From Thermoguttaceae bacterium (GTDB lineage: Bacteria; Planctomycetota; Planctomycetia; Pirellulales; Thermoguttaceae), in the NCBI GenBank assembly GCA_039698035.1, contig JBDKSW010000019.1, positions 66,140 to 130,139 of the forward strand: a DNA stretch of 64,000 bases, given 5' to 3'. The notes under the pieces were generated by a model, which ran no database searches, was not told where the DNA came from, and saw only the letters and a list, made by a program, of their open reading frames with translations. Made by a program: the position numbers and the translations under genes. Every line of letters starts with the position of its first letter. Within the stretch, counting starts at the first letter, position 1. Of the stretch, positions 47,815 through 57,735 are shown piece by piece.

Positions 47815-48786
47815 ATGAGCGAACACCACACCAACCTTCCGGTCATCATGGTCGCCTTCAACCGGCCGGCGAAGGTACGCCAGGTCTTGGAAGTCGTCCG
47901 GTCGGTTCGCCCTCCGGTCGTCGTTCTGATCACCGACGGTCCGCGGCCAGGACGCCAGGCCGATGTGGACAATTGCCGCGAGGTGCGACGCGTTCTCGAA
48001 AGCATCGATTGGCCGTGCGAGATTTTGCGAAATCACGCGGACGCCAACCTTGGCTGTGGCCGACGGATAGCAACGGGCTTGAGCTGGGCGTTCGAGGCCG
48101 TGCCGCGCGCGGTCGTGCTTGAAGATGACATTCTGCCGCATCCGAGTTTCTTTCGCTACTGCGAGGAACTGCTCGATCGCTACGCCGACGATGAACGCAT
48201 CATGATGATCAGCGGCGCCAATGTGCTCGGCCAATGGAAACCAGAACGCCACAGCTATCACTTCTCCTATTACGGCGGCATCCATGGCTGGGCATCGTGG
48301 CGGCGCGCTTGGACGCATTTCGACCCGTCGATCTCTCGCTGGAAAGACCCGGACGTGCGGCAACGTCTCAAGGACATCCTGGTCGACGGTCGGCAGTATG
48401 CCTATCGAGCGTCGTTGTACGACCAGATCTGTGATGGCAATGACCTGGGAACGTGGGATTATCAGTGGGGTTTCGCCAGGCTTGTTCAGAGCGGGCTTTC
48501 CATCGTCCCCTCGGTGAATCTCGTGCGAAACATCGGGTTCGACGCCAGCGCGACACATACCCGAGGCGTTTGGACTCCGGCCTGCGATCGGCCGGTCGCC
48601 GCCATCGACTTCCCATTGCGGCATCCAGACTACTTGATGGTCGATCGCGAGTTCGACAATCGCATGTTTCGATCGCTTCAGCCCAATTGGCGTTGTCGGT
48701 GGAAGGGGCGGCTTCGAGCCTGCCTGGGAACTGGTCACCGCTCGCTTCTGAAAAGGATCAAGACGAGAGCCGCTCGTGCCACATAG
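47815..48786 (+). CDS. Glycosyltransferase, GT-A fold (GT2/GNT-I/HlpA-like)
   Basis: I start it at ATG 47815. It has VIMVAFNRPAKVRQVLEVV and a DxD-like VLEDDILP. Confidence 0.55.
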   Translation: MSEHHTNLPVIMVAFNRPAKVRQVLEVVRSVRPPVVVLITDGPRPGRQADVDNCREVRRVLESIDWPCEILRNHADANLGCGRRIATGLSWAFEAVPRAVVLEDDILPHPSFFRYCEELLDRYADDERIMMISGANVLGQWKPERHSYHFSYYGGIHGWASWRRAWTHFDPSISRWKDPDVRQRLKDILVDGRQYAYRASLYDQICDGNDLGTWDYQWGFARLVQSGLSIVPSVNLVRNIGFDASATHTRGVWTPACDRPVAAIDFPLRHPDYLMVDREFDNRMFRSLQPNWRCRWKGRLRACLGTGHRSLLKRIKTRAARAT

Positions 48787-50224
48787 CAAGGTCTTGCCCG
48801 TTCGCGCACGCGATGGCCTCGCCACGAGAGGCAGCGGAGACGCTCTTGGATCGCGTTGGAACGCCGCCCACGGCTCGGCCGCAACGTTGAGCGCAAACAC
48901 GGCATGCGGACGCGCGCGATTTCACGTGCTCGATCAGGTGGCATTTTGCCTGGCCTTGGCCTTCCTGCTGTCGCTGCTGCTGCCGCAACTGAGCTCGCTA
49001 TGGTTGCGAGGCTCCTGTCCGGTGTTTGCAACGTGGCTTCTGCTGACGTTCTGGAATGGCAACCTCCTGTCAGTCATCAAACGGTTTGCCAACCGGTTCG
49101 CGATGGCCGGCGCGTTTATGGCCGTGTTGGCAATCAATTTCCTTTTGCGCAACGGCCCGAACTCGCATCAATTTCTTGCCGGTTTCATCAACAACGCGGC
49201 GTCCATGACGATCATGACCTACTACGCCGCCAGACGCCCCGACCTGCTCCCCACGATGCGTTGGTGCATCGCGGTCGTTTTTGGATTGGCGCTTTTGCCG
49301 TCGCTGCCGTTGATGTATGCAGATCCCTGGGCAGCGAGGTTTTTGAGTTCAAGCACGGCGTGGAACCAGCAATTGGCGCGTCCCGAACTCTTGTTGCAGG
49401 GGGTGGGAACCTACGCCCAATACGCAGGCATTGCGGTGGTGATGTCCGCGCTGATTGCCAGCATCTTTGAGAATTCTCTGGCCCGGCGACTCCTGTTGAC
49501 GGTTGCCATCGCGGCCATGGCGGCAAGCACCGTGTTGGCCATGTTCACGATGGCGTCCGTGCTGCTACTGTTGGCCGTGGTGGCCAGCGCCGTCGTCCTG
49601 CCGTTCCTATTCCAAAACCGTTACCGCTGGGTCGCCGCGGGACTGGCGGCCGGAATCCTCGCAGTCCTGCCCATATCGATCAGCCTGCTCTACGACAACT
49701 ATGAAGCGGTGCAGTTGGTCCACGACAAGTTCTTTCGACTCGTGAACGGCATCTCCCAAATGGGCATCGAGCGGGGCGATGAATCATCGAGAGCGGAAAT
49801 GTTCCTGGGCACGTGCGAAACGTTTTTCAATTACCCCACGCTTGGCACGGGATTCGACGCCAGCCGCGAGGCCGACGATTTCATCGGCGGCCACAGCTCG
49901 CTCATCGATCATTGGGCCATGTTCGGCATCCTCGGATATGCGCCGTTCTTCCTCCTCCAGGCCTCTTTCACACGTATCGCTGTCGCCAATTGGACGACCC
50001 GCCGCAACAACGTCGTCGCCTGGGGCAGCGCCTATGCGTGGGCCACTTACTGGGTGGCTAGCGCATGCAATCCAACCGCGTTCAGCATCTTCCCGTATCT
50101 CATGATCTTTACGGACTGCCATCGCCGCAAGGCGGCCGCGACCTCTGCAGAACGAAGCCACTGGTCCGCGGGACGTCCGCACGCAATCAATTCACGCAGC
50201 TTGCCGCAATGGGTCGGCCGATGA
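48776..50224 (+). CDS. wzy: O-antigen/EPS polymerase or ligase-like membrane protein (Wzy family)
   Basis: It has about 10 hydrophobic segments and one large loop (..GISQMGIERGDESSRAEMF..GTGFDASREADDFIGGHSSLIDHWAMFG) that resembles the Wzy_C motif region. The start is GTG 48776 or GTG 48926. Confidence 0.6.
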   Translation: MPHSKVLPVRARDGLATRGSGDALGSRWNAAHGSAATLSANTACGRARFHVLDQVAFCLALAFLLSLLLPQLSSLWLRGSCPVFATWLLLTFWNGNLLSVIKRFANRFAMAGAFMAVLAINFLLRNGPNSHQFLAGFINNAASMTIMTYYAARRPDLLPTMRWCIAVVFGLALLPSLPLMYADPWAARFLSSSTAWNQQLARPELLLQGVGTYAQYAGIAVVMSALIASIFENSLARRLLLTVAIAAMAASTVLAMFTMASVLLLLAVVASAVVLPFLFQNRYRWVAAGLAAGILAVLPISISLLYDNYEAVQLVHDKFFRLVNGISQMGIERGDESSRAEMFLGTCETFFNYPTLGTGFDASREADDFIGGHSSLIDHWAMFGILGYAPFFLLQASFTRIAVANWTTRRNNVVAWGSAYAWATYWVASACNPTAFSIFPYLMIFTDCHRRKAAATSAERSHWSAGRPHAINSRSLPQWVGR

Positions 50225-51561
50225 AAGTGCTCTGGACTTCCAATGTTCTGCTGCCCGCCGCCGCCGAGGCCATGGCTCGGACGCCCGGACGCGGCGGCTC
50301 CTGGATGGCCGCATTGGCCGACGAACTGGAGCGTCGCTGTCCCCAGGTCGAGTTGGGCGTCGTCACGATGCAACCGTGCTCCAGCGTCACACGCCGCGTC
50401 GTCGGCAACGTCGTCTACTATGTCGTGCCCAGCAGGCTTCGCGATCCCTTGGGCCGCCCCCGCAAGCCAGTGCTCCGCGCATTCCGGGACGTGATCGCCG
50501 ATTTCCAGCCCACCCTGATCCACGTGCACGGCTCCGAGTATTCCTATGGTCGGATCGCGTCGGAAGTTGCCCCAGAGACCCCAACGGTCGTTGAAATCCA
50601 AGGGCTGATCGCCGCCTGCGAAAAGTGCCATTGGGGCGGCATGAAGCTAACCGAGTTGATCCGTTATCGCACATTCCGCGATTGGCTTCGTCTCGATGGA
50701 CTGCTGGAACAGCGATGGAAACTGCGACGCCGCGCCCGGCAGGAGTCGGACATCCTCTGCCAGGCGCGTCACATCATCGGAAGAACGGCCTGGGACCGCA
50801 CATCTGCCTTTGCTTTGGCGCCGAACGCCGCCTACTATCATTGCGACGAAATGCTTCGCCCGCCCTTCTTCTCACTCGCCTGGCAGACCGCCGGAGCGAC
50901 GAAGCACACGATTCTCGCAACATCCACCGTTTGTCCAAACAAAGGCTTCCACCTCCTGCTGACGGCCGTGCATTCGCTGAAACGCGACTTCCCAAACATT
51001 CAGGTTCGGGTCGCCGGCTCGACCTTCAAGCGTCAAGGAGACCGGCCGTCGATCGGCGAGCGTCTTCGCATGCCCGGCTATTCGCGCTATCTGACGGATC
51101 GCATCCGGCAGTACGGTCTTGAACAGAACATTGTGCCGCTGGGCTGGCTCGACGCCGAGCAGATGGCGGCGGAACTCACCAGGGCGCACGTCTATGTGCT
51201 GCCGTCGTTCATCGAAAACAGCCCCAACGCGCTCGCCGAGGCCATGCTGGTCGGCACGCCATGCGTCGCCGCCCGCGTCGGCGGCGTCCCGTCAATGGCA
51301 CAGGACGAAACCGAAGCGTTGCTCTTTCCGCGGGGAGACGCCGAGCGTCTGGCGGGTCACATCCGCCGCCTGTTCCTGGACGATGGCTTGGCGCAGACCC
51401 TTTCCAACAACGCCCGCCGAACGGCCCTTGTCCGGCACGCGCCCGAGACCGTCGTTCGGAACCTGCTCGGCATTTATGAAACCGTAACCAACCGTCGCCA
51501 GGTCCCTGCTGCGAACCCGCGCGACTTCTCGAGCCCCAGCAACGTCGGACGAGCCGCCTAG
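50221..51561 (+). CDS. Glycosyltransferase family 4 (GT-B)
   Basis: I start it at ATG 50221, which forms an ATGA overlap with the wzy stop. The C-terminal domain has the E-x7-E-like region (YVLPSFIENSPNALAEAMLVGTPCVAARVGG). Confidence 0.75.
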   Translation: MKVLWTSNVLLPAAAEAMARTPGRGGSWMAALADELERRCPQVELGVVTMQPCSSVTRRVVGNVVYYVVPSRLRDPLGRPRKPVLRAFRDVIADFQPTLIHVHGSEYSYGRIASEVAPETPTVVEIQGLIAACEKCHWGGMKLTELIRYRTFRDWLRLDGLLEQRWKLRRRARQESDILCQARHIIGRTAWDRTSAFALAPNAAYYHCDEMLRPPFFSLAWQTAGATKHTILATSTVCPNKGFHLLLTAVHSLKRDFPNIQVRVAGSTFKRQGDRPSIGERLRMPGYSRYLTDRIRQYGLEQNIVPLGWLDAEQMAAELTRAHVYVLPSFIENSPNALAEAMLVGTPCVAARVGGVPSMAQDETEALLFPRGDAERLAGHIRRLFLDDGLAQTLSNNARRTALVRHAPETVVRNLLGIYETVTNRRQVPAANPRDFSSPSNVGRAA

Positions 51562-51562
51562 C

Positions 51563-52987
51563 GTGAGCAAACCCTTTAGCCCGAGACCGATCCTGGAAAC
51601 CTCCTGCGGTCCTGAACGGAGCCCGTTCACGGACGCAACACGGCTTCCGCGAGTGACCGTCGTCTCGGCCAATCCGATTTGCCGCGATCAGGCGAACGGC
51701 ATCTTCATGCGGTCGCTGTTTCTCGGCTGGCCGCAAGAGGCCTTGTCGCAAGTCTACTTCCCCGTGGCCGTAACCCACATGCCAGACCGGGCGGTTTGCG
51801 GCGACTATCGGCTGATTCATCCGTCAGGCCGCGTCCAGCGCATCGCTGGCGGAAACGCCGGACCAATCGCGTCGCCGAAGCAGGACGACCCTGGCGGGTC
51901 TGGTCCGCAATGGCGCAAAACGGTCGCCGGAGTGACGCGACGCCCACGCCTGATGCGCTGGCTGCGGCCGGGGGTCGAGCTCTGGTACGCCAACTCTTGG
52001 TTACAGGCCATTCTCGAACGACAACTTCTCGAGCTTCGGCCAAACCTGGTCTACGCATTGCTGGGCAACTACTGTTTGACAAAACTCACCTACTCGGCCT
52101 GCAAGCGACTTGGAATTCCGCTGTTCGTCCATGTCACGGACGACTTCGTCACATCGCTCTACGCCACGATGCCGTTTAGCGCACCATTTCAGACAGCCTC
52201 CGAGCGGTGGTTCCGGCGAGCCGTCGGGCATGCCGAGGGCGTCGCGGCGATCAGTCCCGTCATGGCCGAGGAGTACGACGGCCGCTACGGTGGGCCGTGG
52301 ACTTGGTTCGCAACCCTCATCGACGCGGACGCCTACGATCCGACGCCGCGATCGACCGACGGAACGGTCCGGCTGGTTTACGCCGGAAACCTCGGTCTCG
52401 AGCGCTGGCGCTCGCTCGCAGAGCTTGGCGCGGCGCTCCGCACGCTGCGAACCGAGAACGGCATCGACGCCCGGCTGACCGTTTACTCGACTCCAGACCA
52501 AATCGCAAAGCATCAAAACGCCCTGGCGTCGCCGCCCGCCGTGGAGATCGGAGGCTGGCTGCCCCCGGAACGGCTGCCTGCCGTATTTCACGACGCCGAC
52601 GTGCTGGTCCATGCCGAGAGCTTCGACCCGGCCGCGGCCGACTATACGCGGCTCTCGTTCTCGACCAAGTTGAGCCAGTACTTCATGGCAGGGCGTTGCG
52701 TCTTGATGTTCGGCCCGACCGACATCGGTTCGGCCCGCATGATCCAGTTGGCCGGCGCGGGGCTCACCCTGGGCCAGACAGATCGCGACGCGACGCTCGG
52801 CGCGTTGCGGCGGCTGCTTGTCGATGACGCATCTCGGCGCCGCTACGGCGACAATGGGCGGCGTTATGCCCTCACCTGGTTTGAATCAACAGCCGGACGC
52901 GAGCGGTTCCGGCTGGCGTTGGCCGAGGCGTTCGAGGCGAGCCGCCGGAACTGCGGCACTCCGGTCGCGTCGCTGTTGCGATCCTAA
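51563..52987 (+). CDS. Glycosyltransferase (GT-B, GT4-like C-terminal domain)
   Basis: 474 aa with a GTG start. ..VRLVYAGNLGLERW..HDADVLVHAESFD..LSFSTKLSQYFMAGRCVLMFGP.. is a GT-B C-terminal pattern. The N-terminal half is unrecognised. Confidence 0.55.
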   Translation: MSKPFSPRPILETSCGPERSPFTDATRLPRVTVVSANPICRDQANGIFMRSLFLGWPQEALSQVYFPVAVTHMPDRAVCGDYRLIHPSGRVQRIAGGNAGPIASPKQDDPGGSGPQWRKTVAGVTRRPRLMRWLRPGVELWYANSWLQAILERQLLELRPNLVYALLGNYCLTKLTYSACKRLGIPLFVHVTDDFVTSLYATMPFSAPFQTASERWFRRAVGHAEGVAAISPVMAEEYDGRYGGPWTWFATLIDADAYDPTPRSTDGTVRLVYAGNLGLERWRSLAELGAALRTLRTENGIDARLTVYSTPDQIAKHQNALASPPAVEIGGWLPPERLPAVFHDADVLVHAESFDPAAADYTRLSFSTKLSQYFMAGRCVLMFGPTDIGSARMIQLAGAGLTLGQTDRDATLGALRRLLVDDASRRRYGDNGRRYALTWFESTAGRERFRLALAEAFEASRRNCGTPVASLLRS

Positions 52988-53011
52988 CCTCTCAGACGAA
53001 GGACGAAAGAC

Positions 53012-54076
53012 GTGTTCAAGAACAAAGTCCTGTTGATCACCGGCGGCACGGGCTCATTTGGCAACGCCGTTTTGCGGCGCTTTCTCGACACGTCCATCGC
53101 CGAGATCCGCATTTTCAGCCGGGACGAAAAAAAGCAGGACGAAATGCGCCGCCAGTACCAGAACAGCAAACTGAAGTTCTACATCGGCGACGTCCGCAAC
53201 CCCGGCGGGCTGCGCGACGCGTTCGATGGCGTGGACTACGTCTTCCACGCCGCCGCGCTCAAGCAGGTCCCGTCCTGCGAGTTCTACCCGCTCGAAGCCG
53301 TGCAAACGAACGTCCTGGGCGCGGCCAACGTTCTTTCGGCCTCGATCGAGTCCGGCGTGCGCAACGTCGTCGTCCTGAGCACCGACAAGGCGGCGTATCC
53401 GGTCAACGCGATGGGCATGTCCAAGGGGCTCATGGAAAAGGTCACGATCGCCCGATCGGCCGTGGCTGCCCGCCGCGGTTGCACGCTCTGCGTCACCCGT
53501 TATGGCAACGTGATGGCCTCGCGCGGTTCGGTGATTCCACTGCTGGTCGAGCAACTTCGCAATGGCCAGCCGCTGACGCTCACCGATCCGGACATGACCC
53601 GCTTCATGATGTCGTTGGACGACGCGGTCGATCTGGTCCTCTACGCCTTTCAGCACGGCGCGGCCGGCGACTTGCTCGTTCAGAAGGCGCCGGCGGCCAC
53701 GATCGGCACGCTGGCCGAGGCCCTCAAACGCATCTTCGACGCCGAGAATCCCATTCGGCTGATCGGCACGCGTCACGGCGAGAAGCGTTACGAGACCCTG
53801 TTGACGCGCGAGGAAATGGTCCGCGCCCTGGACCTCGGCGACTACTACCGCGTACCGGCCGACGTGCGCGACCTGAACTATGCCAAGTACTTTTCCGACG
53901 GCCAGAGCCGCGTAACCGAGGTCGAGGATTATCATTCGCACAACGTGCGGCGGCTCAACGTCGATGAAATGGCCGAGATGCTGCTCGCGCTCCCGTACAT
54001 TCAGGAGGAGCTGGCCGCCATGCCTCGCAAGACGCTCCCGATCGCCCGGCGGCGTTCGCGGCGCAAGGCGGCGTAA
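53012..54076 (+). CDS. fnlA: UDP-GlcNAc 4,6-dehydratase/5-epimerase (FnlA/CapE/WbjB)
   Basis: MFKNKVLLITGGTGSFGNAVLRRFL..IRIFSRDEKKQDEMR..FHAAALKQVPSCEFYPLEAVQTNVLGA..LSTDKAAYPVNAMGMSKGLMEK is a near-textbook CapE/FnlA sequence. Confidence 0.9.
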   Translation: MFKNKVLLITGGTGSFGNAVLRRFLDTSIAEIRIFSRDEKKQDEMRRQYQNSKLKFYIGDVRNPGGLRDAFDGVDYVFHAAALKQVPSCEFYPLEAVQTNVLGAANVLSASIESGVRNVVVLSTDKAAYPVNAMGMSKGLMEKVTIARSAVAARRGCTLCVTRYGNVMASRGSVIPLLVEQLRNGQPLTLTDPDMTRFMMSLDDAVDLVLYAFQHGAAGDLLVQKAPAATIGTLAEALKRIFDAENPIRLIGTRHGEKRYETLLTREEMVRALDLGDYYRVPADVRDLNYAKYFSDGQSRVTEVEDYHSHNVRRLNVDEMAEMLLALPYIQEELAAMPRKTLPIARRRSRRKAA

Positions 54077-54127
54077 CACACCGTCCGACGTGCTTTTTCC
54101 GCAACCAACGAAAAGACGCGTGTCCAC

Positions 54128-55252
54128 ATGAAGACTGCACTCATCACCGGCGTTCACGGCTTCATCGGCCGAAACCTGGCGGCCCACCTGAACCAACGCC
54201 CCGACGTTCGCGTGCTTCGATACGATCTCGACAACACCGACGCGGAGCTGGCCGCGATGGCTGCCGAGGCCGACGTGATCTTCCATCTGGCCGGCGTCAA
54301 CCGACCGCAAGACCCAAGCCAGTTCAGCACCGGCAACGTCGGCCTGACCGAATCGCTCTGCCGCGTATTGACCGAGCGCCGTTGCAGGCCGCTGGTAATT
54401 TTCAGTTCGTCCATCCAGGCGGAATGCGACAACGCCTACGGCCGCAGCAAACGGCGGGCCGAGGAGGTTCTGCGCCAGTTCGCCGACCAAAGCGGCGCGG
54501 CGCTGGCCATCTTCCGCCTCAAGAATGTCTTCGGCAAATGGTGCCGCCCGAACTACAACTCGGTCGTCGCCACGTTTTGCCACCACGTGGCCCACGACCT
54601 GCCCATCGAAATCTCGGACCCCGACCGACAACTCGAGCTGATTCACGTGGATGACGTCATCGCGGCCTTCCTCGCCACGATGGATTGCCCGACCTCGGTC
54701 CCACATCCCGACCACATCAACTCCTACACGCTGACGCTCGGCGACTTGGCCGGCCGCATCCAGTTCTTCCACGAGATGCGGCGATCCCTTGCCGCGCCGG
54801 ACTTCTCGGTCCGCTTCAACCAACAGCTCTATTCGACCTACCTGTCGTACCTCGAACCGTCGCAATGCGAGTACGGTTTGAACGTCAACTCGGACGCCCG
54901 CGGCAGTCTGGCTGAGTTCCTCAAGTCGCCGACGTTCGGCCAAATCTTCGTCTCGCAAACGCGCCCAGGCGTCACCCGGGGCAACCATTACCACCACGTC
55001 AAAACGGAAAAGTTCCTCGTCCTGGCCGGCAGCGGCCTCATTCGTCTTCGCCGCATCGACAGCGACGAGACCCATGAAATCCCAGTCCGTGGCGCGGATT
55101 ATCGAGTCGTCGACATTCCGCCCGGCTACACCCACTCGATCGCCAACGTCGGCCCCGGCGAGATGGTCACGCTCTTCTGGGCCAGCGAGCCGTTTGACCC
55201 CGACCGCCCGGACACCTACTTCCTGCCGGTGGAACTGAGAGCAGCAGCATGA
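54128..55252 (+). CDS. fnlB: UDP-2-acetamido-2,6-dideoxy-hexulose reductase with C-terminal cupin (FnlB/CapF/WbjC)
   Basis: The N-terminal SDR reads ITGVHGFIGRNL. The C-terminal cupin reads RGSLAEFLKSPTFGQIFVSQTRPGVTRGNHYHHVKTEKF. It sits between fnlA and fnlC. Confidence 0.85.
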   Translation: MKTALITGVHGFIGRNLAAHLNQRPDVRVLRYDLDNTDAELAAMAAEADVIFHLAGVNRPQDPSQFSTGNVGLTESLCRVLTERRCRPLVIFSSSIQAECDNAYGRSKRRAEEVLRQFADQSGAALAIFRLKNVFGKWCRPNYNSVVATFCHHVAHDLPIEISDPDRQLELIHVDDVIAAFLATMDCPTSVPHPDHINSYTLTLGDLAGRIQFFHEMRRSLAAPDFSVRFNQQLYSTYLSYLEPSQCEYGLNVNSDARGSLAEFLKSPTFGQIFVSQTRPGVTRGNHYHHVKTEKFLVLAGSGLIRLRRIDSDETHEIPVRGADYRVVDIPPGYTHSIANVGPGEMVTLFWASEPFDPDRPDTYFLPVELRAAA

Positions 55253-56391
55253 AAATCACAACGATCGTCGGCACCCGGCCAGAAATCATCCGCCTCTCGC
55301 GAGTCATGCCCGCGCTGGATCGCTGCTTCGAGCATGTCATGGTCCACACGGGCCAGAACTATGACTACGAACTCAACGCAATCTTCTTCGAGGACCTCGA
55401 TCTTCGCAAGCCGGATCATTTTCTGGACGCCGCCGGCGCCACGGCCGCCGAAACCATTGGACTGGTCATTGCCAAGAGCGACGCGTTGCTGCGAACCATT
55501 CGGCCCGACGCCGTGTTGATCCTCGGCGACACCAACTCGTGTCTGGCTGCCATTTCCGCGAAACGGCAAAAGATTCCCGTCTTCCACATGGAAGCCGGGA
55601 ACCGCTGCTTCGACCAACGCGTGCCCGAGGAAATCAACCGCAAGATTGTCGACCATATCGCCGACGTGAACCTCCCCTACAGCGACATCTCGCGGGACTA
55701 CTTGCTGCGCGAGGGTTTGCCGCCCGACCGGACCATCAAGACCGGCAGCCCGATGTACGAAGTGCTCCACCACTACCTGCCAAAAATCGAGCGGAGCGAC
55801 GTGCTCCAGCGTCTGGAGCTGCAGGCGGGCCAGTATTTCGTCGTCAGCGCCCATCGCGAGGAGAATGTCGAACCGTCGGACCGCTTCGCGCAACTCTGCG
55901 ACGTGCTAGACCGCCTGGCCGCGACTTACTCGCTGCCAGTCATCGTGAGCACGCATCCCCGCACGCGCAAACGGCTCGATGCCGAAGGGGTAAAGCTCGA
56001 CGCACGGGTGCGGCTTCTGCGGCCGCTCGGCCTCGGCGACTATGTCCACTTAGAAATGCACGCCAAAGCGACCCTGAGCGACAGCGGCACCATCGCCGAG
56101 GAATCGTCGATCCTCAACTTCCCGGCCCTCAACCTCCGCGACGCCCACGAGCGGCCCGAGGCCGTCGAACAAGCCGCCGTCATGATGACGGGCCTCCGCT
56201 GGGAGCGAATTCACGAGGCGCTCGCAATTCTCGAGTCGCAAGGCCGCGGACAACATCGCACCCTGCTGCCGGTCGGCGATTACAGCGTGCCTAACGTGTC
56301 CGAGAAGGTCGTCCGAATCATCCTCAGCTACACCGACTACGTAAACCGAACCGTGTGGCAAAAGAGCGACGCCGTTTCATCCGCACAATAG
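55249..56391 (+). CDS. fnlC: UDP-N-acetylglucosamine/UDP-L-TalNAc 2-epimerase, non-hydrolysing (FnlC/CapG/WbjD)
   Basis: It reads MKITTIVGTRPEIIRLS..HTGQNYD..LGDTNS..EAGNRCFD.RVPEEINR..DSGTI.EES. It forms an ATGA overlap with fnlB. Confidence 0.85.
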   Translation: MKITTIVGTRPEIIRLSRVMPALDRCFEHVMVHTGQNYDYELNAIFFEDLDLRKPDHFLDAAGATAAETIGLVIAKSDALLRTIRPDAVLILGDTNSCLAAISAKRQKIPVFHMEAGNRCFDQRVPEEINRKIVDHIADVNLPYSDISRDYLLREGLPPDRTIKTGSPMYEVLHHYLPKIERSDVLQRLELQAGQYFVVSAHREENVEPSDRFAQLCDVLDRLAATYSLPVIVSTHPRTRKRLDAEGVKLDARVRLLRPLGLGDYVHLEMHAKATLSDSGTIAEESSILNFPALNLRDAHERPEAVEQAAVMMTGLRWERIHEALAILESQGRGQHRTLLPVGDYSVPNVSEKVVRIILSYTDYVNRTVWQKSDAVSSAQ

Positions 56392-56424
56392 CCATCACCC
56401 TCTTCCAATGGGAGAGGGGACAGA

Positions 56425-57735
56425 ATGCGAATCCTGATCCTTAGCCAGTTCTTCGCCCCCGAACCGACGTTCAAGGGCCTGCCGTTCGCCCGCGAACTGG
56501 TCCGTCGCGGCCACGAGGTCGAGGTCCTGACCGGCTTTCCGAACTATCCGGGCGGAAGGCTCTACCCAGGCTACTCGGTGCGGCCGTGGCAGCGAGAAAC
56601 GATAGACGGCATCCGCGTTCACCGCGTTCCCCTCTATCCAAGCCACGACCAATCGGCCCTGCGACGAGTCGCCAACTACGCAAGCTTTGCGCTGAGCGCC
56701 GCGGCCCTCGGTCCTTGCTTGATTAAGAAACCGGACGTGATTTACGCCTATCAGCCGCCCGCAACGGTCGGGCTGCCGGCCCTCGTGCTTCAGGCCATGT
56801 GCCGCTGCCCGGTCGTCTACGACATTCAAGACCTTTGGCCAGACACGGTCGCCTCGTCGCAAATGATGAAAAACCGGCGGCTGCTTGCCGTGCTGGCCCG
56901 CTGGTGCCGTGGCGTCTATCGCCGCATGGACCGCATCGTCGTCCTTTCGCCCGGAATGCGCGAAACGCTGATCGCCCGTGGCGTCGCCGCCGAGAAGATC
57001 GACGTGATTTACAACTGGGCCGATGAAGACAGTCTGTGCCGCCAGCCGATCGGCGACGCGAGCGAGTCGCCCGCGACACGCGCGATGGCCGGCCGGTTCA
57101 ACGTCGTCTTCGCCGGCACGATGGGCCTGGTCCAATCGCTCGATACCGTGTTGGACGCGGCCAGCATTTGCCTCCGCACGGTGCCCGACGCTCAGTTCGT
57201 TTTCGTCGGCGGCGGCGTCGACAAGCCACGTCTCGAACAACGGGCCCGCGAGCTGCGGCTTCGCAACACGCTCTTCCTTCCGCGTCAACCGATCGAGGCG
57301 ATGGGCCCCATCCTGTCGCTCGCCGGCGCGGCCCTCGTTCACCTCAAGGACGATCCCCTGTTCCGCATCACCATCCCGTCGAAGACGCAAGCCTATCTGG
57401 CGGCCGGTCGGCCGATTCTGATGGCCGTCGGCGGTGACGCGGCCGATCTGGTCGCCCAATCCGGCGGCGGCGTCACCTGCCCACCGCAGAATCCCCTGGC
57501 GATGGCCGAGGCCGTCCGACGCCTGTCAAGCATCGGCCTCCAGCAGCGCGAGGCCATGGGCGCCCGCGGCCAAGCGTTCTACGACGCCCAGCTCTCGCTC
57601 CGAACGGGCGTCGCCAAGTTCGAGCAAGCCTTCGAGGCGGCCCTTGGCGCTCGAAAAGCCCGCAGTTCCGTCTCATTTGCAGTGCAACCCAAGATACATC
57701 CAGCCGCCGAAGGACAGCCGCGACGCGCCGCATGA
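56425..57735 (+). CDS. wbuB: GT4 glycosyltransferase, WbuB-like (L-FucNAc transferase type)
   Basis: MRILILSQFFAPEPTFKGLPFARELVRRGHEVEVLTGFPNYPGG..YP is characteristic of WbuB/WbjE-like enzymes encoded next to fnlABC. Confidence 0.75.
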   Translation: MRILILSQFFAPEPTFKGLPFARELVRRGHEVEVLTGFPNYPGGRLYPGYSVRPWQRETIDGIRVHRVPLYPSHDQSALRRVANYASFALSAAALGPCLIKKPDVIYAYQPPATVGLPALVLQAMCRCPVVYDIQDLWPDTVASSQMMKNRRLLAVLARWCRGVYRRMDRIVVLSPGMRETLIARGVAAEKIDVIYNWADEDSLCRQPIGDASESPATRAMAGRFNVVFAGTMGLVQSLDTVLDAASICLRTVPDAQFVFVGGGVDKPRLEQRARELRLRNTLFLPRQPIEAMGPILSLAGAALVHLKDDPLFRITIPSKTQAYLAAGRPILMAVGGDAADLVAQSGGGVTCPPQNPLAMAEAVRRLSSIGLQQREAMGARGQAFYDAQLSLRTGVAKFEQAFEAALGARKARSSVSFAVQPKIHPAAEGQPRRAA

